Virus record (IMG/VR): IMGVR_UViG_3300033121_001133
Coordinates: 64,001-128,000 of that record
DNA from: a virus
Lineage: Duplodnaviria; Caudoviricetes
Length of the DNA: 64,000 nucleotides
Direction: 5' to 3' (one strand)
Positions within the stretch are counted from its first letter, which is position 1, and the number at the start of each line of letters is the position of its first letter. The translations under genes were made by a program, and so were the position numbers. This document shows positions 29,619-37,890 of this stretch, piece after piece. Below the pieces are notes generated by a model. That model was not told the origin of the DNA and ran no database searches. It was given only the letters and a program-made list of their open reading frames with translations.

Positions 29619-29849
29619 ATGGATCAGAAAGATATTGACCGGGTACTAGACGTACATAAGGAGTCGCTGAGCAATATGCGGCCAAGTGGTTGCTATGACC
29701 CTGTACTTGGAAATTGTCTGGACATTGCCGGTTTGAGAATCCCTCAGGGGATGTTTCCTACTCAGTACTCTACTATTATGCAAGCGTTTAACGAGATTTT
29801 GGATGAACTCTACGTGCACAAGATCTCACTACAAAAGCCACAGCAGTAA
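29619..29849 (+). CDS. Hypothetical protein
   Basis: ORF abutting queE. Confidence 0.45.
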   Translation: MDQKDIDRVLDVHKESLSNMRPSGCYDPVLGNCLDIAGLRIPQGMFPTQYSTIMQAFNEILDELYVHKISLQKPQQ

Positions 29850-30608
29850 ATGCCCCATACACTAATACAACAATGCCCCACCTTTAGTAAAAAGGTATCA
29901 GGTGAGGATAAGCTAGCAATAGCTGAAATGTTCTGTGATACCATTCAAGGAGAGGGTGTCCATGCCGGGTTGCCAGCAACCTTTGTCAGGCTACAAGGAT
30001 GCACTTTGAAGTGTGTCTGGTGCGATACACTGACAGTGTGGCCGTACGGCAATGAGTACTCGTTTGATGAGATCTTTGCATTGTGGGAGGGAGTGGGGTT
30101 GATCAAGAGGCTGGATGAAGGTCAGCACCTAATCCTAACTGGGGGTTCACCACTCAAACAGGAGCAGCGACTGATTCAGTTCATCAACGCGTTCATCAAG
30201 AGATATCACTTCAAGCCTTATATTGAGGTAGAGAATGAAGCTGTGTTAATGCCATCAGCGGAGCTTGAGAAACTTGTGGATTGGTGGAACAACTCACCGA
30301 AGCTGTCTAACTCGGGAATGAAATCCAGGGTTAGGATCAAGCCTGAGGTGATAGATTACATGGCTGCACTACCTAATAGCTCGTTCAAGTTCGTAGTGTC
30401 AGCTCCTCAGGACTGGGATGAGATTGTTAAGGATTACATTGAGCCCTTCTCAATTAGCAAGGATCAGATCATCCTTATGCCTGAGGGTCAGACTCAGGCT
30501 GAGCTTCAGGTTAGTAGACCAGTAGCAGCTCAGATGGCAATTGAGCATCAGGTTAGATTCACTGACCGTCTACACGTGACCATTTGGGATAAAAAGACAG
30601 GCGTCTGA
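29850..30608 (+). CDS. queE: 7-carboxy-7-deazaguanine synthase (radical SAM)
   Basis: E.F..TIQGEG...G.P..FVRL.GC.L.C.WCDT (CxxxCxxC), LTGG.P, SPKL, LMPEG, RLH..IW. Confidence 0.93.
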   Translation: MPHTLIQQCPTFSKKVSGEDKLAIAEMFCDTIQGEGVHAGLPATFVRLQGCTLKCVWCDTLTVWPYGNEYSFDEIFALWEGVGLIKRLDEGQHLILTGGSPLKQEQRLIQFINAFIKRYHFKPYIEVENEAVLMPSAELEKLVDWWNNSPKLSNSGMKSRVRIKPEVIDYMAALPNSSFKFVVSAPQDWDEIVKDYIEPFSISKDQIILMPEGQTQAELQVSRPVAAQMAIEHQVRFTDRLHVTIWDKKTGV

Positions 30609-30647
30609 TAGTAAGACTGGCGTAGTCAACTTGAGCAATATCACCCT

Positions 30648-30923
30648 ATGAGTAGTACGTATTTTCGAATCAAGGTTGTCTACTATGTAGACGGCTCTGT
30701 TTATGGGTTCAGGATAAAGTACAAGTTGCATCCATTTCAGCTGTTTTGGAGTTACTTTAAGGAGTACCATCCTCATGGCAACGCTCTGTCCCCCAAAACA
30801 TTTGCAAGCCTTAAGACTGCAAATGAGTGGGCATCTAGTATCAAGTCCAGAGCGGACTTGGAGCATTTGATAAACGAGCACTCTAAGTTGGTGATTCGCG
30901 AATACCGAGGAGGTTCAAATTAA
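30648..30923 (+). CDS. Hypothetical protein
   Basis: Co-oriented ORF within the cluster. Confidence 0.45.
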   Translation: MSSTYFRIKVVYYVDGSVYGFRIKYKLHPFQLFWSYFKEYHPHGNALSPKTFASLKTANEWASSIKSRADLEHLINEHSKLVIREYRGGSN

Positions 30924-30931
30924 CTAGGTGA

Positions 30932-31165
30932 ATGAGGATTAAAGTTAAGCACTACTCCACTGAGATTGTAGTCGATGAGGCCGTTGATTCTGGTATGATT
31001 GGTCAGTATGGCTCAAGCTATCCGACTAAAATTAGATTCACAGACGACCATCCCTATGTGATAAAGACATTAGAGAAGATGGTCGAGCAGCTAATCAAAA
31101 TAAGGCAGTCAGATGACAGATCCCAACAACCTCAAGCGCAGCAATCTAGGCAAGACGTTTCTTAG
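30932..31165 (+). CDS. Hypothetical protein
   Basis: Co-oriented ORF within the cluster. Confidence 0.45.
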   Translation: MRIKVKHYSTEIVVDEAVDSGMIGQYGSSYPTKIRFTDDHPYVIKTLEKMVEQLIKIRQSDDRSQQPQAQQSRQDVS

Positions 31166-31238
31166 CTTAGGATGGGATTTTATTCCCAAGAGACTAATCA
31201 CAGTCGATTTTGTAGACAACAACCCAATTAAAAAATGA
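31113..31238 (+). CDS. Possible 41-aa protein not in the ORF track
   Basis: MTDPNNLKRSNLGKTFLSLGWDFIPKRLITVDFVDNNPIKK; its TGA overlaps the queD ATG (ATGA). Confidence 0.35.
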   Translation: MTDPNNLKRSNLGKTFLSLGWDFIPKRLITVDFVDNNPIKK

Positions 31239-31708
31239 GATACATAAGTACCAAAATCTTTGATAACTATTCGGTGGCGATTAGACAGTGGAAGGCACAA
31301 CACTCTCACTGCTCGAAGCTGCATGGCTATGCGTTTAAGTTCAAGGTCTGGTTTGCTTCGGTGGAGCCTGAAATTGACAAGCAGCTGGATGACATGAACT
31401 GGGTTCAGGACTTTGGGGGCTTCAAGACTGCGCCTCAAGGCAACGGTCTAAAAGACTGGATGGACCACATGTGGGATCACACTACTCTAATCCAGAAGGA
31501 CGATCCCTATGCTGACATCTTTGTGCAGATGGAACAGATGGGGTTGTGTAAGCTTCACTTACTAGACAAGATGGGAGCTGAGAGCTGTGCTAAGTTGGTG
31601 TTTGACAAGTTTAACGACGTCTTATCAAAGACTGATGCTGGTCGCTGCAAGGTGATTAAGGTGGAGTGCTTTGAGAATGACAACAACAGCTCAATCTATG
31701 AAGAGTAA
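31235..31708 (+). CDS. queD: 6-carboxy-5,6,7,8-tetrahydropterin synthase
   Basis: SHCSKLHGY, W.QDFG..K, WDHT.L, .AE..A, V..FE...NS. Confidence 0.88.
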   Translation: MRYISTKIFDNYSVAIRQWKAQHSHCSKLHGYAFKFKVWFASVEPEIDKQLDDMNWVQDFGGFKTAPQGNGLKDWMDHMWDHTTLIQKDDPYADIFVQMEQMGLCKLHLLDKMGAESCAKLVFDKFNDVLSKTDAGRCKVIKVECFENDNNSSIYEE

Positions 31709-31777
31709 TTTTTGGACCTACAGCACCTCCTGGGGCGATCTAAGCTTTCAGTACGTGTACACACCAACTGTCCAACT

Positions 31778-31933
31778 ATGTGGTCTGTACTAACAATACT
31801 AGCAATTGTGGTAGCGGTTGCTGCTTTAGAGGTTGCCTTGCCGCTGCTTATAGCCTACTTTACCGGAGGGGGACATTCTGATGAGAGCATGCACACTCTG
31901 GACGATGACCCCGACGATTTAACTACACCATAA
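31778..31933 (+). CDS. Small membrane-anchored protein
   Basis: ATG 31778; hydrophobic N-terminal helix followed by an acidic tail. Confidence 0.4.
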   Translation: MWSVLTILAIVVAVAALEVALPLLIAYFTGGGHSDESMHTLDDDPDDLTTP

Positions 31934-31937
31934 GAAC

Positions 31938-32135
31938 GTGCACGAGTTGTTTCATGTGATAGGAGCTTGTCACGATAGTACAGCTCACGCGGATTTGCTA
32001 GATTTTCTGCTAGCAGATAGTCAGATTACTCACTATATTAACCAAGTTATTCAACGCTATGTTACTCAATTGCGATCAAGTATTCGATCTGTTACAGACA
32101 AACGGGCTAGGAGCAAAGGCTCAGGTAGGCTATGA
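31938..32135 (+). CDS. Hypothetical protein
   Basis: GTG start; overlaps the next gene by 77 nt. Confidence 0.35.
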   Translation: MHELFHVIGACHDSTAHADLLDFLLADSQITHYINQVIQRYVTQLRSSIRSVTDKRARSKGSGRL

Positions 32136-32541
32136 TTTAACTCTGCAGGGAGTTAAGCGAGTCACTGGGGGTGTGATTACACAAGAGAAGACCTCAATTC
32201 ATCCTTATGAGGAGGTGATGCCAATGATCAACCCAGCTGGTAAGCCTATGTTTAGGCTGACTAGAGGGGCATACTCTCTAACCTTCGATCAAGGGATCAA
32301 GCTACCTAACGACAAAACCGCCTTCATAAGACATCGATCTAGTATCGCTCGATGTGGATCAGTGATCACTAGTGGCATATTCGATCCTGGATTTGAAGTT
32401 GACCAGATGGGAGCGATTATGATAGTTCAGGAGGAGATCTTCATAGAGAAGGGAGCTAGGGTGGCTCAGGTATACATATTCGAGAATCACCCAGCTCCTA
32501 GATATGACGGTCAGTTCCAGGCGGGAAGGGATATTAAGTGA
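32059..32541 (+). CDS. dCTP-deaminase-family / dUTPase-fold protein (second dUTPase-fold gene)
   Basis: GYDLTL, RSSIAR, GIFDPGF, GARVAQ, YDGQFQ; the deaminase catalytic Glu after DPGF is not evident. Confidence 0.8.
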   Translation: MLLNCDQVFDLLQTNGLGAKAQVGYDLTLQGVKRVTGGVITQEKTSIHPYEEVMPMINPAGKPMFRLTRGAYSLTFDQGIKLPNDKTAFIRHRSSIARCGSVITSGIFDPGFEVDQMGAIMIVQEEIFIEKGARVAQVYIFENHPAPRYDGQFQAGRDIK

Positions 32542-32551
32542 TACAGGCAAT

Positions 32552-32896
32552 ATGCGTAGGTTTATTGAAGTCAAGTTAGATGTGGAGGGTATTCACTGCT
32601 GGTCTAACTGCAACATCGAGGAGGTGGATTACTTGAAGTATCCCCATCGACATACCTTTCAATTCCTGTGTAGGGCAGAGGTTACTCACGGAGATCGTGA
32701 TATTGAATTCATTGAGTTCAAACACAAGATTAAACACTACCTGGGTACTAAGTACTACGATAAGAAATACAAGTGTTGCAACTTCATTGGACAGTCCTGT
32801 GAGAGTTTGGCGGAGGAATTACTAAATCAGTTTGGACTGGTAAGGTGCTCGGTGTCGGAGGATGGTGAGTTTTTTGGAATCGTTAACGCCAACTGA
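32552..32896 (+). CDS. QueD-paralogous T-fold protein, DpdL-like (putative CDG decarboxylase)
   Basis: EG.H.W, LKYPHRHTF (LxxxHRHxF), DRDIEFI, SCE.LA, VSEDGE; lies inside the deazaguanine cluster. Confidence 0.65.
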   Translation: MRRFIEVKLDVEGIHCWSNCNIEEVDYLKYPHRHTFQFLCRAEVTHGDRDIEFIEFKHKIKHYLGTKYYDKKYKCCNFIGQSCESLAEELLNQFGLVRCSVSEDGEFFGIVNAN

Positions 32897-32899
32897 TAC

Positions 32900-32909
32900 C
32901 TACTTATAG
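32900..32909 (+). promoter_or_regulatory. Late-type promoter motif CTACTTATAG
   Basis: 2 nt upstream of ATG 32912. Confidence 0.55.
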
Positions 32910-32911
32910 TC

Positions 32912-33130
32912 ATGCGAGAGAGGATTCCAGGAGGTTTGGCAGCAGGCAAGACTCTAAAGTCTCTGCAGGCTAGGTATCCAGACTTTGACATCAAGGCAGC
33001 TATCCTGCAAGGAGCTAGAGTTGAGATGGAGCACACGACTGATCCAGCAATTGCCGTAGAGATTGCGATGGATCATCTAATGGAGGATCCTTTATACTAC
33101 AATAAGCTCAAGCGTGCAGAAGCAAACTAA
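32912..33130 (+). CDS. Small phage protein (DUF5661-like)
   Basis: G..VEMEHT.D...A.EIAMDHL.EDP.YY.KLK. Confidence 0.7.
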   Translation: MRERIPGGLAAGKTLKSLQARYPDFDIKAAILQGARVEMEHTTDPAIAVEIAMDHLMEDPLYYNKLKRAEAN

Positions 33131-33131
33131 G

Positions 33132-33611
33132 ATGTCAACCTCGGTTATAGAACTCCCTCCAATCACCCTGTTATTTGGTAAGATTTGCAGTGGCAAAAGT
33201 ACCTTTGCAGAGGCTTTATCGTACGTTACCAAAGCGAAGCATATAACAGTATCGGATATAGTTAAGTCCCTCTCAGGGCTGCATACAAGAAGCGGTTTAC
33301 AACTAACCCAGCATCTTGATGAGGCTATTGCTGCGGAATTGGTACGTCAAATTAAAGCGTATGATAAGGTGATTATTGATGGAATCAGGCAGAAGTCAAT
33401 TGTGGAATGGCTGATCAATGAGTTTGGTGATTCCAAAATCAAGATGATTTGGCTGGAAGTGCCAGATCACACAAGAAAGTATCGGTTTGAGGATAGAGTG
33501 GTTGCAAAGGACGATCTTACATTTGAGATGGCCGATCGCCGCGATGCAGATTTAGGGTTGCTTGAGTTGCAAGCAGCGCTTCAAAATGAGTATACTATAA
33601 TCAACAACTAA
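33132..33611 (+). CDS. P-loop nucleotide kinase (NMP / dephospho-CoA kinase-like)
   Basis: GKICSGKST Walker A, VIIDGIR, R..R lid motif. Confidence 0.75.
   Translation: MSTSVIELPPITLLFGKICSGKSTFAEALSYVTKAKHITVSDIVKSLSGLHTRSGLQLTQHLDEAIAAELVRQIKAYDKVIIDGIRQKSIVEWLINEFGDSKIKMIWLEVPDHTRKYRFEDRVVAKDDLTFEMADRRDADLGLLELQAALQNEYTIINN
33567..33596 (+). promoter_or_regulatory. Sigma70-like promoter TTGCAA-N18-TATACT
   Basis: Lies within the 3' end of the kinase gene, upstream of folE. Confidence 0.45.
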
Positions 33612-33627
33612 CACTCGCACAAGTTAC

Positions 33628-34275
33628 ATGGAGCTTCTAAAGAAAGCTAACGGAAACCTTTATCGCACAGAGGAAGAAAAGCAGCACATGATCGAACAGG
33701 CTGCTCAATACTACGGTCAGTTCCTAACCGCATTAGGGTTTGATTGGGCAGCCGATCCCCATAGCGCAAACACTCCACATCGAGTAGCTAAAGCCTGGGT
33801 TCACGATCTAATTAAAGGGTCTCTAAGTGAGGAGCCTGTAATTACGGCGTTTCCTAACGATGAGGGATATACTGGTTTGATTTGTCAGACCAGAATTCCC
33901 GTGGTTAGTCTCTGCGCACACCACAACCTAACTTTCCACGGCCTATGTCATGTTGCATACATAGCTGGTAAGGAAAAAGCCGACATGGTAATTGGTTTAA
34001 GCAAACTCAACCGTATTGTAGATTTTTATGCTCGTAGACCTAATATACAGGAAAGCCTAACCAAGCAAATACATGACCATATTGCTAGACTGTGCGTGGG
34101 TAATAGGGGAGTGGCGGTTGTAATCGAGTCTCAACATAACTGCGTTAAGTGTAGAGGTATTAAACACGATTCCATCATGAAGACCTCTCAAATGAGCGGT
34201 TATTTCTGGACTAATGAGGTTGGTACTCGCCAGGAGTTTTTTCACCTCATCGACCAGAGTCGATTTGGAGCTTAA
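33628..34275 (+). CDS. folE: GTP cyclohydrolase I
   Basis: TP.RVAKA, SLCAHH..F.G..HVAYI, GLSKLNR, RRP.IQE.LT, H.C..CRG. Confidence 0.95.
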   Translation: MELLKKANGNLYRTEEEKQHMIEQAAQYYGQFLTALGFDWAADPHSANTPHRVAKAWVHDLIKGSLSEEPVITAFPNDEGYTGLICQTRIPVVSLCAHHNLTFHGLCHVAYIAGKEKADMVIGLSKLNRIVDFYARRPNIQESLTKQIHDHIARLCVGNRGVAVVIESQHNCVKCRGIKHDSIMKTSQMSGYFWTNEVGTRQEFFHLIDQSRFGA

Positions 34276-34304
34276 TCGACCAAAGTCGTCATCAATAAAC
34301 TACC

Positions 34305-34664
34305 ATGCTAATCAAAATCGATACCAAGGAAAGGTCAATTTCCATAGAGGAGGTTTTAACTTTTGAGCAGCTAGAGCACACCCTCAAGACCCTGTTTCCA
34401 ACCGACTATAAGGAGTGGAAAATCAACACCAACGTTAAGGTAGAGCTTACCAGCTCTCCAATTATTATTCGTGAACGACCTCGCTATCCGGATTGGTGGA
34501 ATAATCCGTACTGGTACTCTACGGCTGAAGTGAAGAGCGTTCCGAGCTTGCTGTGTGATGGAGTCAGTACCACAACTATGGTAGGTGGCACTAGCACAGT
34601 AACCAACGCTAGCATACCCTCCAGTGTTGTGGTTGATTATGCACCAGACTCCAACGCTAAGTGA
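34305..34664 (+). CDS. Hypothetical protein
   Basis: Co-oriented ORF; P/W-rich centre and T-rich tail. Confidence 0.45.
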   Translation: MLIKIDTKERSISIEEVLTFEQLEHTLKTLFPTDYKEWKINTNVKVELTSSPIIIRERPRYPDWWNNPYWYSTAEVKSVPSLLCDGVSTTTMVGGTSTVTNASIPSSVVVDYAPDSNAK

Positions 34665-35470
34665 TGGACTTCTATGTAATCTCTCCGGTAAGCAACCTGG
34701 AGCCGATGAAGCTCGGCGATCGAATCTTTGTACTAGCTCATCTATGGGTCAAGTACCCACACTACAGGGAATTCATCCTACAGCAGAAGGCCGAGGGTAA
34801 GTTCCTAACACTGGATAACTCAGCTGCTGAGCGAGCTCTTGTTACTGAGGACGTGTTGATTGACATCTGCAGGGAGCTTCTCCCTAACGAGGTGATAGCA
34901 CCCGACGTCCTGTTTAATAAGAACGCTACTATTGCCAACGCTAAGTCGTTTATCAATAGAATGCATCGAGAGGGTCTGACTGAGGGTCTGTATAAGGTTG
35001 ACATTTTCTTCTGTCCTCAGGGTAAGACAAAGCAAGATTGGTTAGAGGCATATCAGTGGGGAGTTGAGTGTAAGTACATCTCCACAATCGGATTCTCAAA
35101 GATTGCTATTCCTCAGGCCTGGCTAGTTGATTGGAAGGATGATCAGGGTATTAAGCAGGCTCGTCATATGGCATATGATTACCTGCGAGATCGTAATATG
35201 CTAGTCAAGCCCATTCACTGCCTTGGCCAAGGCGATCCAACTGAGTTTTCTTACTACAACCACCCCATGATGAGAAGTACAGACTCGGTGTTCCCAATTC
35301 TAGCAGCTGCTCATGGACAGGCCTTCAATCTAGATAGTGCAACTAGGATTCCAACTCCTCACGACTTCTTAGAAACCTACGATATGTCCAAAATCGACAT
35401 GGAGCTGGTGGCAAACAACATAGATTTTCTACGCAGGCAGTGTAAAAGCACTCTTAAAGAGCAACCCTAG
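34664..35470 (+). CDS. TGT-fold 7-deazaguanine DNA transglycosylase (DpdA-like)
   Basis: TGT motifs in order: LDNSA (cf. DSGG), APDV, CPQG, IGFS, IHCLG, RSTDS; closes the folE/queD/queE cluster. Confidence 0.7.
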   Translation: MDFYVISPVSNLEPMKLGDRIFVLAHLWVKYPHYREFILQQKAEGKFLTLDNSAAERALVTEDVLIDICRELLPNEVIAPDVLFNKNATIANAKSFINRMHREGLTEGLYKVDIFFCPQGKTKQDWLEAYQWGVECKYISTIGFSKIAIPQAWLVDWKDDQGIKQARHMAYDYLRDRNMLVKPIHCLGQGDPTEFSYYNHPMMRSTDSVFPILAAAHGQAFNLDSATRIPTPHDFLETYDMSKIDMELVANNIDFLRRQCKSTLKEQP

Positions 35471-35479
35471 GACCGGTTG

Positions 35480-35540
35480 AGTTGCGCAAGCGACTGAGAA
35501 CCCAGACACAGTGTCGCTACCTAGTCTGGGTTTCTCTATT
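35480..35540 (+). terminator. Double-hairpin element (terminator or structured RNA)
   Basis: AGTTGC-GCAA-GCGACT (35480-35495) and GAGAACCCAGAC...GTCTGGGTTTCTC (35496-35536). Confidence 0.55.
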
Positions 35541-35547
35541 AGAGAGA

Positions 35548-35576
35548 TTGGTTGATCGGATTATTTAGCGTAAGGT
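35548..35576 (+). promoter_or_regulatory. Sigma70-like promoter TTGGTT-N17-TAAGGT, near-leaderless
   Basis: ATG of polA lies 7 nt after the -10 box. Confidence 0.55.
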
Positions 35577-35583
35577 TAGCGCT

Positions 35584-37839
35584 ATGTCACATCAGCAGGA
35601 GAAGAACTACGTAATTGTACGTACAAGAGAGCAATTTGATCAACTATTTTCTCATATAGAGAGTAGCAACCTGATTGCGTATGACATCGAGACAGATAGT
35701 CTGAATCCTCGCAAAGGCTCTATCATTGGTTTCTCAGTCTCAGGTAACATAGGAGTAGGATACTACCTGCCAACCAGGGTATGGGACGCTGAGAAGCAGC
35801 AGTTAGTGGATCTGGAGGTAGAAGGCCACAGCTGCCACAACTTAGCACGTGCTTTGATTCGCAAGTTGAAGGGTAAGAAGCTGGTGATGCATAATGGATC
35901 GTTTGATATACGCTTCACTAAGGCCTATTATGGAATAGATCTGAGAGATGATCTGTATTGTGACACTCTCCTACTACGCCACACTCTCGTGGAGGATGGA
36001 CCGTTTGGATTGAAGACCATAGCGATCGAGTTGCAGAACCATCTTGGATTGGATGCTGAAAAGGAAGCTAACGAGGAGCAGGTGCTGATGAAGCAGAGCA
36101 TCAAAGCTAATGGAGGAAGCACCACAAAGGACAACTTCGAGCTATACAAAGCAGAGTTGGAGTTGCTAGGTAGATACGCTTGTGCAGATACCGATCTAAC
36201 TCTGCGAATAATGACCCACTACTTGCCAATCTTAAAGGAGCAGGATCTGTGGGATTTCTTCTTTGAGCAGGAGGTGATGCCTCTGTATAAGACAGTTACC
36301 ATCAAGATGGAGGAGATGGGAACTGAGTTGGACATGGATCTGATCAGAAAGACTAAGAACGATATCACATTAGATCTAACCGCTCTTGAGTCGGAGATTG
36401 TGTCTGAGCTGCTATCGCTCAATCCGGTCAAACAGTGGGTGATCGAGAGAGCTTGTGAAGCATTCCCTCCAAAGAAGAGAGGTAGGTTCCGAGAGGAGCT
36501 ACTCAACCTAAAGAACCCAGTCAATCCAACCGCGATTGATCAATTTTTGAATGGGGATCTTCCAGCTTCGGAACTAGACCCTCAAGACAGCGTGGGAGTC
36601 AGCCTGTCTTTGTGGAGGATCAAGGAGGGTGGCTTCATCAATATCAGTTCAAGGAAGCAGCTGGCTGAGATTTGCTTTAAGTATCTTGGGATCAAGCCTC
36701 TGAGTCAGACTAGAAAAGGGTCTGATCAGTTTGATGATGACCTTATTGAAGAGCTAAGCAATACCCACAGCTGGGCAGCGAAGCTTCGCGACTTTAATAA
36801 GCTAACCAAGATCAGTAGTGCCTATATCGACAGGTTTCTGGAGGGAGCTGAGGAAGGTCGGTATTATTGGTATTTCAAGCAAGCCGGCACCACAAGTGGA
36901 AGATTTAGCTCGGACTGTCAACAGATCCCTCGATATCTGGAACCCGGGGAGGTTAGTGATTTAGTTAGGAGGTACAACAATATCCTGCGTAGCTTCTTAA
37001 AGGCCGAGCAAGGTCGTAAGCTGATCATCTGTGACCAGTCCTCGCTGGAGCCAAGAGTATTCGCCTCGGTCAGCAACGATCCCAATCTAATCAACGTATT
37101 CCGCGATAATGAGGATCTGTATAGCAGAGTAGCCATACAGGCGTTCAAGCTCAGGGGTATGAGTGCAAAGAAGGATGACGACAACTACGTCAAGAAGCTT
37201 AGACCAGAGCTTAGGCAGCGAGCTAAAAGCATTGCTTTGGCTATACCATATGGGGCCGGAGCTTGGCAGATTGGACAATCCCTAGGCATACCGCCGCAGA
37301 AAGCTCAGTTGCTGATTAACGACTACCTTGAAGGCTTTCCTGAGCTAGCTAGATGGATGACTGATACACACCTCAAAGTACAGACAGTGGGCTTTGTCCG
37401 TAGTCGCGCTGGCCGCATAAGGCATCTTGACCGAGCAAAGGAGATATACAACACCTTTCAAGATCATCTACTAGATCCTCGTGCGTTTAAGATGATGAAG
37501 GATATGTGTAAGTCTGCGGAGCAGTTACAAAAGCTGATGCAGCTGCGAGCAGAATACAAAAACGCCCTGAACAACAGCAAGAACTTTCAGATCCAATCCC
37601 TAGCAGCTAGTATTATGAATAGGTCTGCAATAGTGATTCATCGAGATTTTGCAGAGATGGGGTTGGACGCATACATTATGCTGCAAATCCACGACGAGTT
37701 TGTAATCAACTGCGCTGAGCAGGATGCTGAGAAGGTAGCAGCGATTGTTAAGCATCGAATGGAAACTACGGTAGAGATTCCTACAGGATTGGTAGCAGAG
37801 CCGAATGTGGCTGATAACTTCGGAGAGGGACACGCATAG
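35584..37839 (+). CDS. polA: Family A DNA polymerase with 3'-5' exonuclease
   Basis: Exo I YDIETD, Exo II HNGSFD, Exo III YACAD; TTSGRFSS; motif A DQSSLEPR; motif B RQRAKSIALAIPYG (Leu at the 762-equivalent position); motif C QIHDE. Confidence 0.95.
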   Translation: MSHQQEKNYVIVRTREQFDQLFSHIESSNLIAYDIETDSLNPRKGSIIGFSVSGNIGVGYYLPTRVWDAEKQQLVDLEVEGHSCHNLARALIRKLKGKKLVMHNGSFDIRFTKAYYGIDLRDDLYCDTLLLRHTLVEDGPFGLKTIAIELQNHLGLDAEKEANEEQVLMKQSIKANGGSTTKDNFELYKAELELLGRYACADTDLTLRIMTHYLPILKEQDLWDFFFEQEVMPLYKTVTIKMEEMGTELDMDLIRKTKNDITLDLTALESEIVSELLSLNPVKQWVIERACEAFPPKKRGRFREELLNLKNPVNPTAIDQFLNGDLPASELDPQDSVGVSLSLWRIKEGGFINISSRKQLAEICFKYLGIKPLSQTRKGSDQFDDDLIEELSNTHSWAAKLRDFNKLTKISSAYIDRFLEGAEEGRYYWYFKQAGTTSGRFSSDCQQIPRYLEPGEVSDLVRRYNNILRSFLKAEQGRKLIICDQSSLEPRVFASVSNDPNLINVFRDNEDLYSRVAIQAFKLRGMSAKKDDDNYVKKLRPELRQRAKSIALAIPYGAGAWQIGQSLGIPPQKAQLLINDYLEGFPELARWMTDTHLKVQTVGFVRSRAGRIRHLDRAKEIYNTFQDHLLDPRAFKMMKDMCKSAEQLQKLMQLRAEYKNALNNSKNFQIQSLAASIMNRSAIVIHRDFAEMGLDAYIMLQIHDEFVINCAEQDAEKVAAIVKHRMETTVEIPTGLVAEPNVADNFGEGHA

Positions 37840-37868
37840 GCCTCTCCTAGGCTTTCCAGATGGCACTT

Positions 37869-37878
37869 ATATGTATTA
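37869..37878 (+). promoter_or_regulatory. Late-type promoter variant ATATGTATTA in a weak hairpin loop
   Basis: Flanked by CAGATGGC (37857-37864) and GCCACTG (37882-37888). Confidence 0.45.
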
Positions 37879-37890
37879 CTAGCCACTGAG

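Noticed and set aside
35480-35540. Hammerhead ribozyme or preQ1 riboswitch
   Set aside because: CUGAGAA does not match CUGAnGA, there is no GAAA core, and no preQ1 consensus or A-rich tail; kept only as an unassigned structure.
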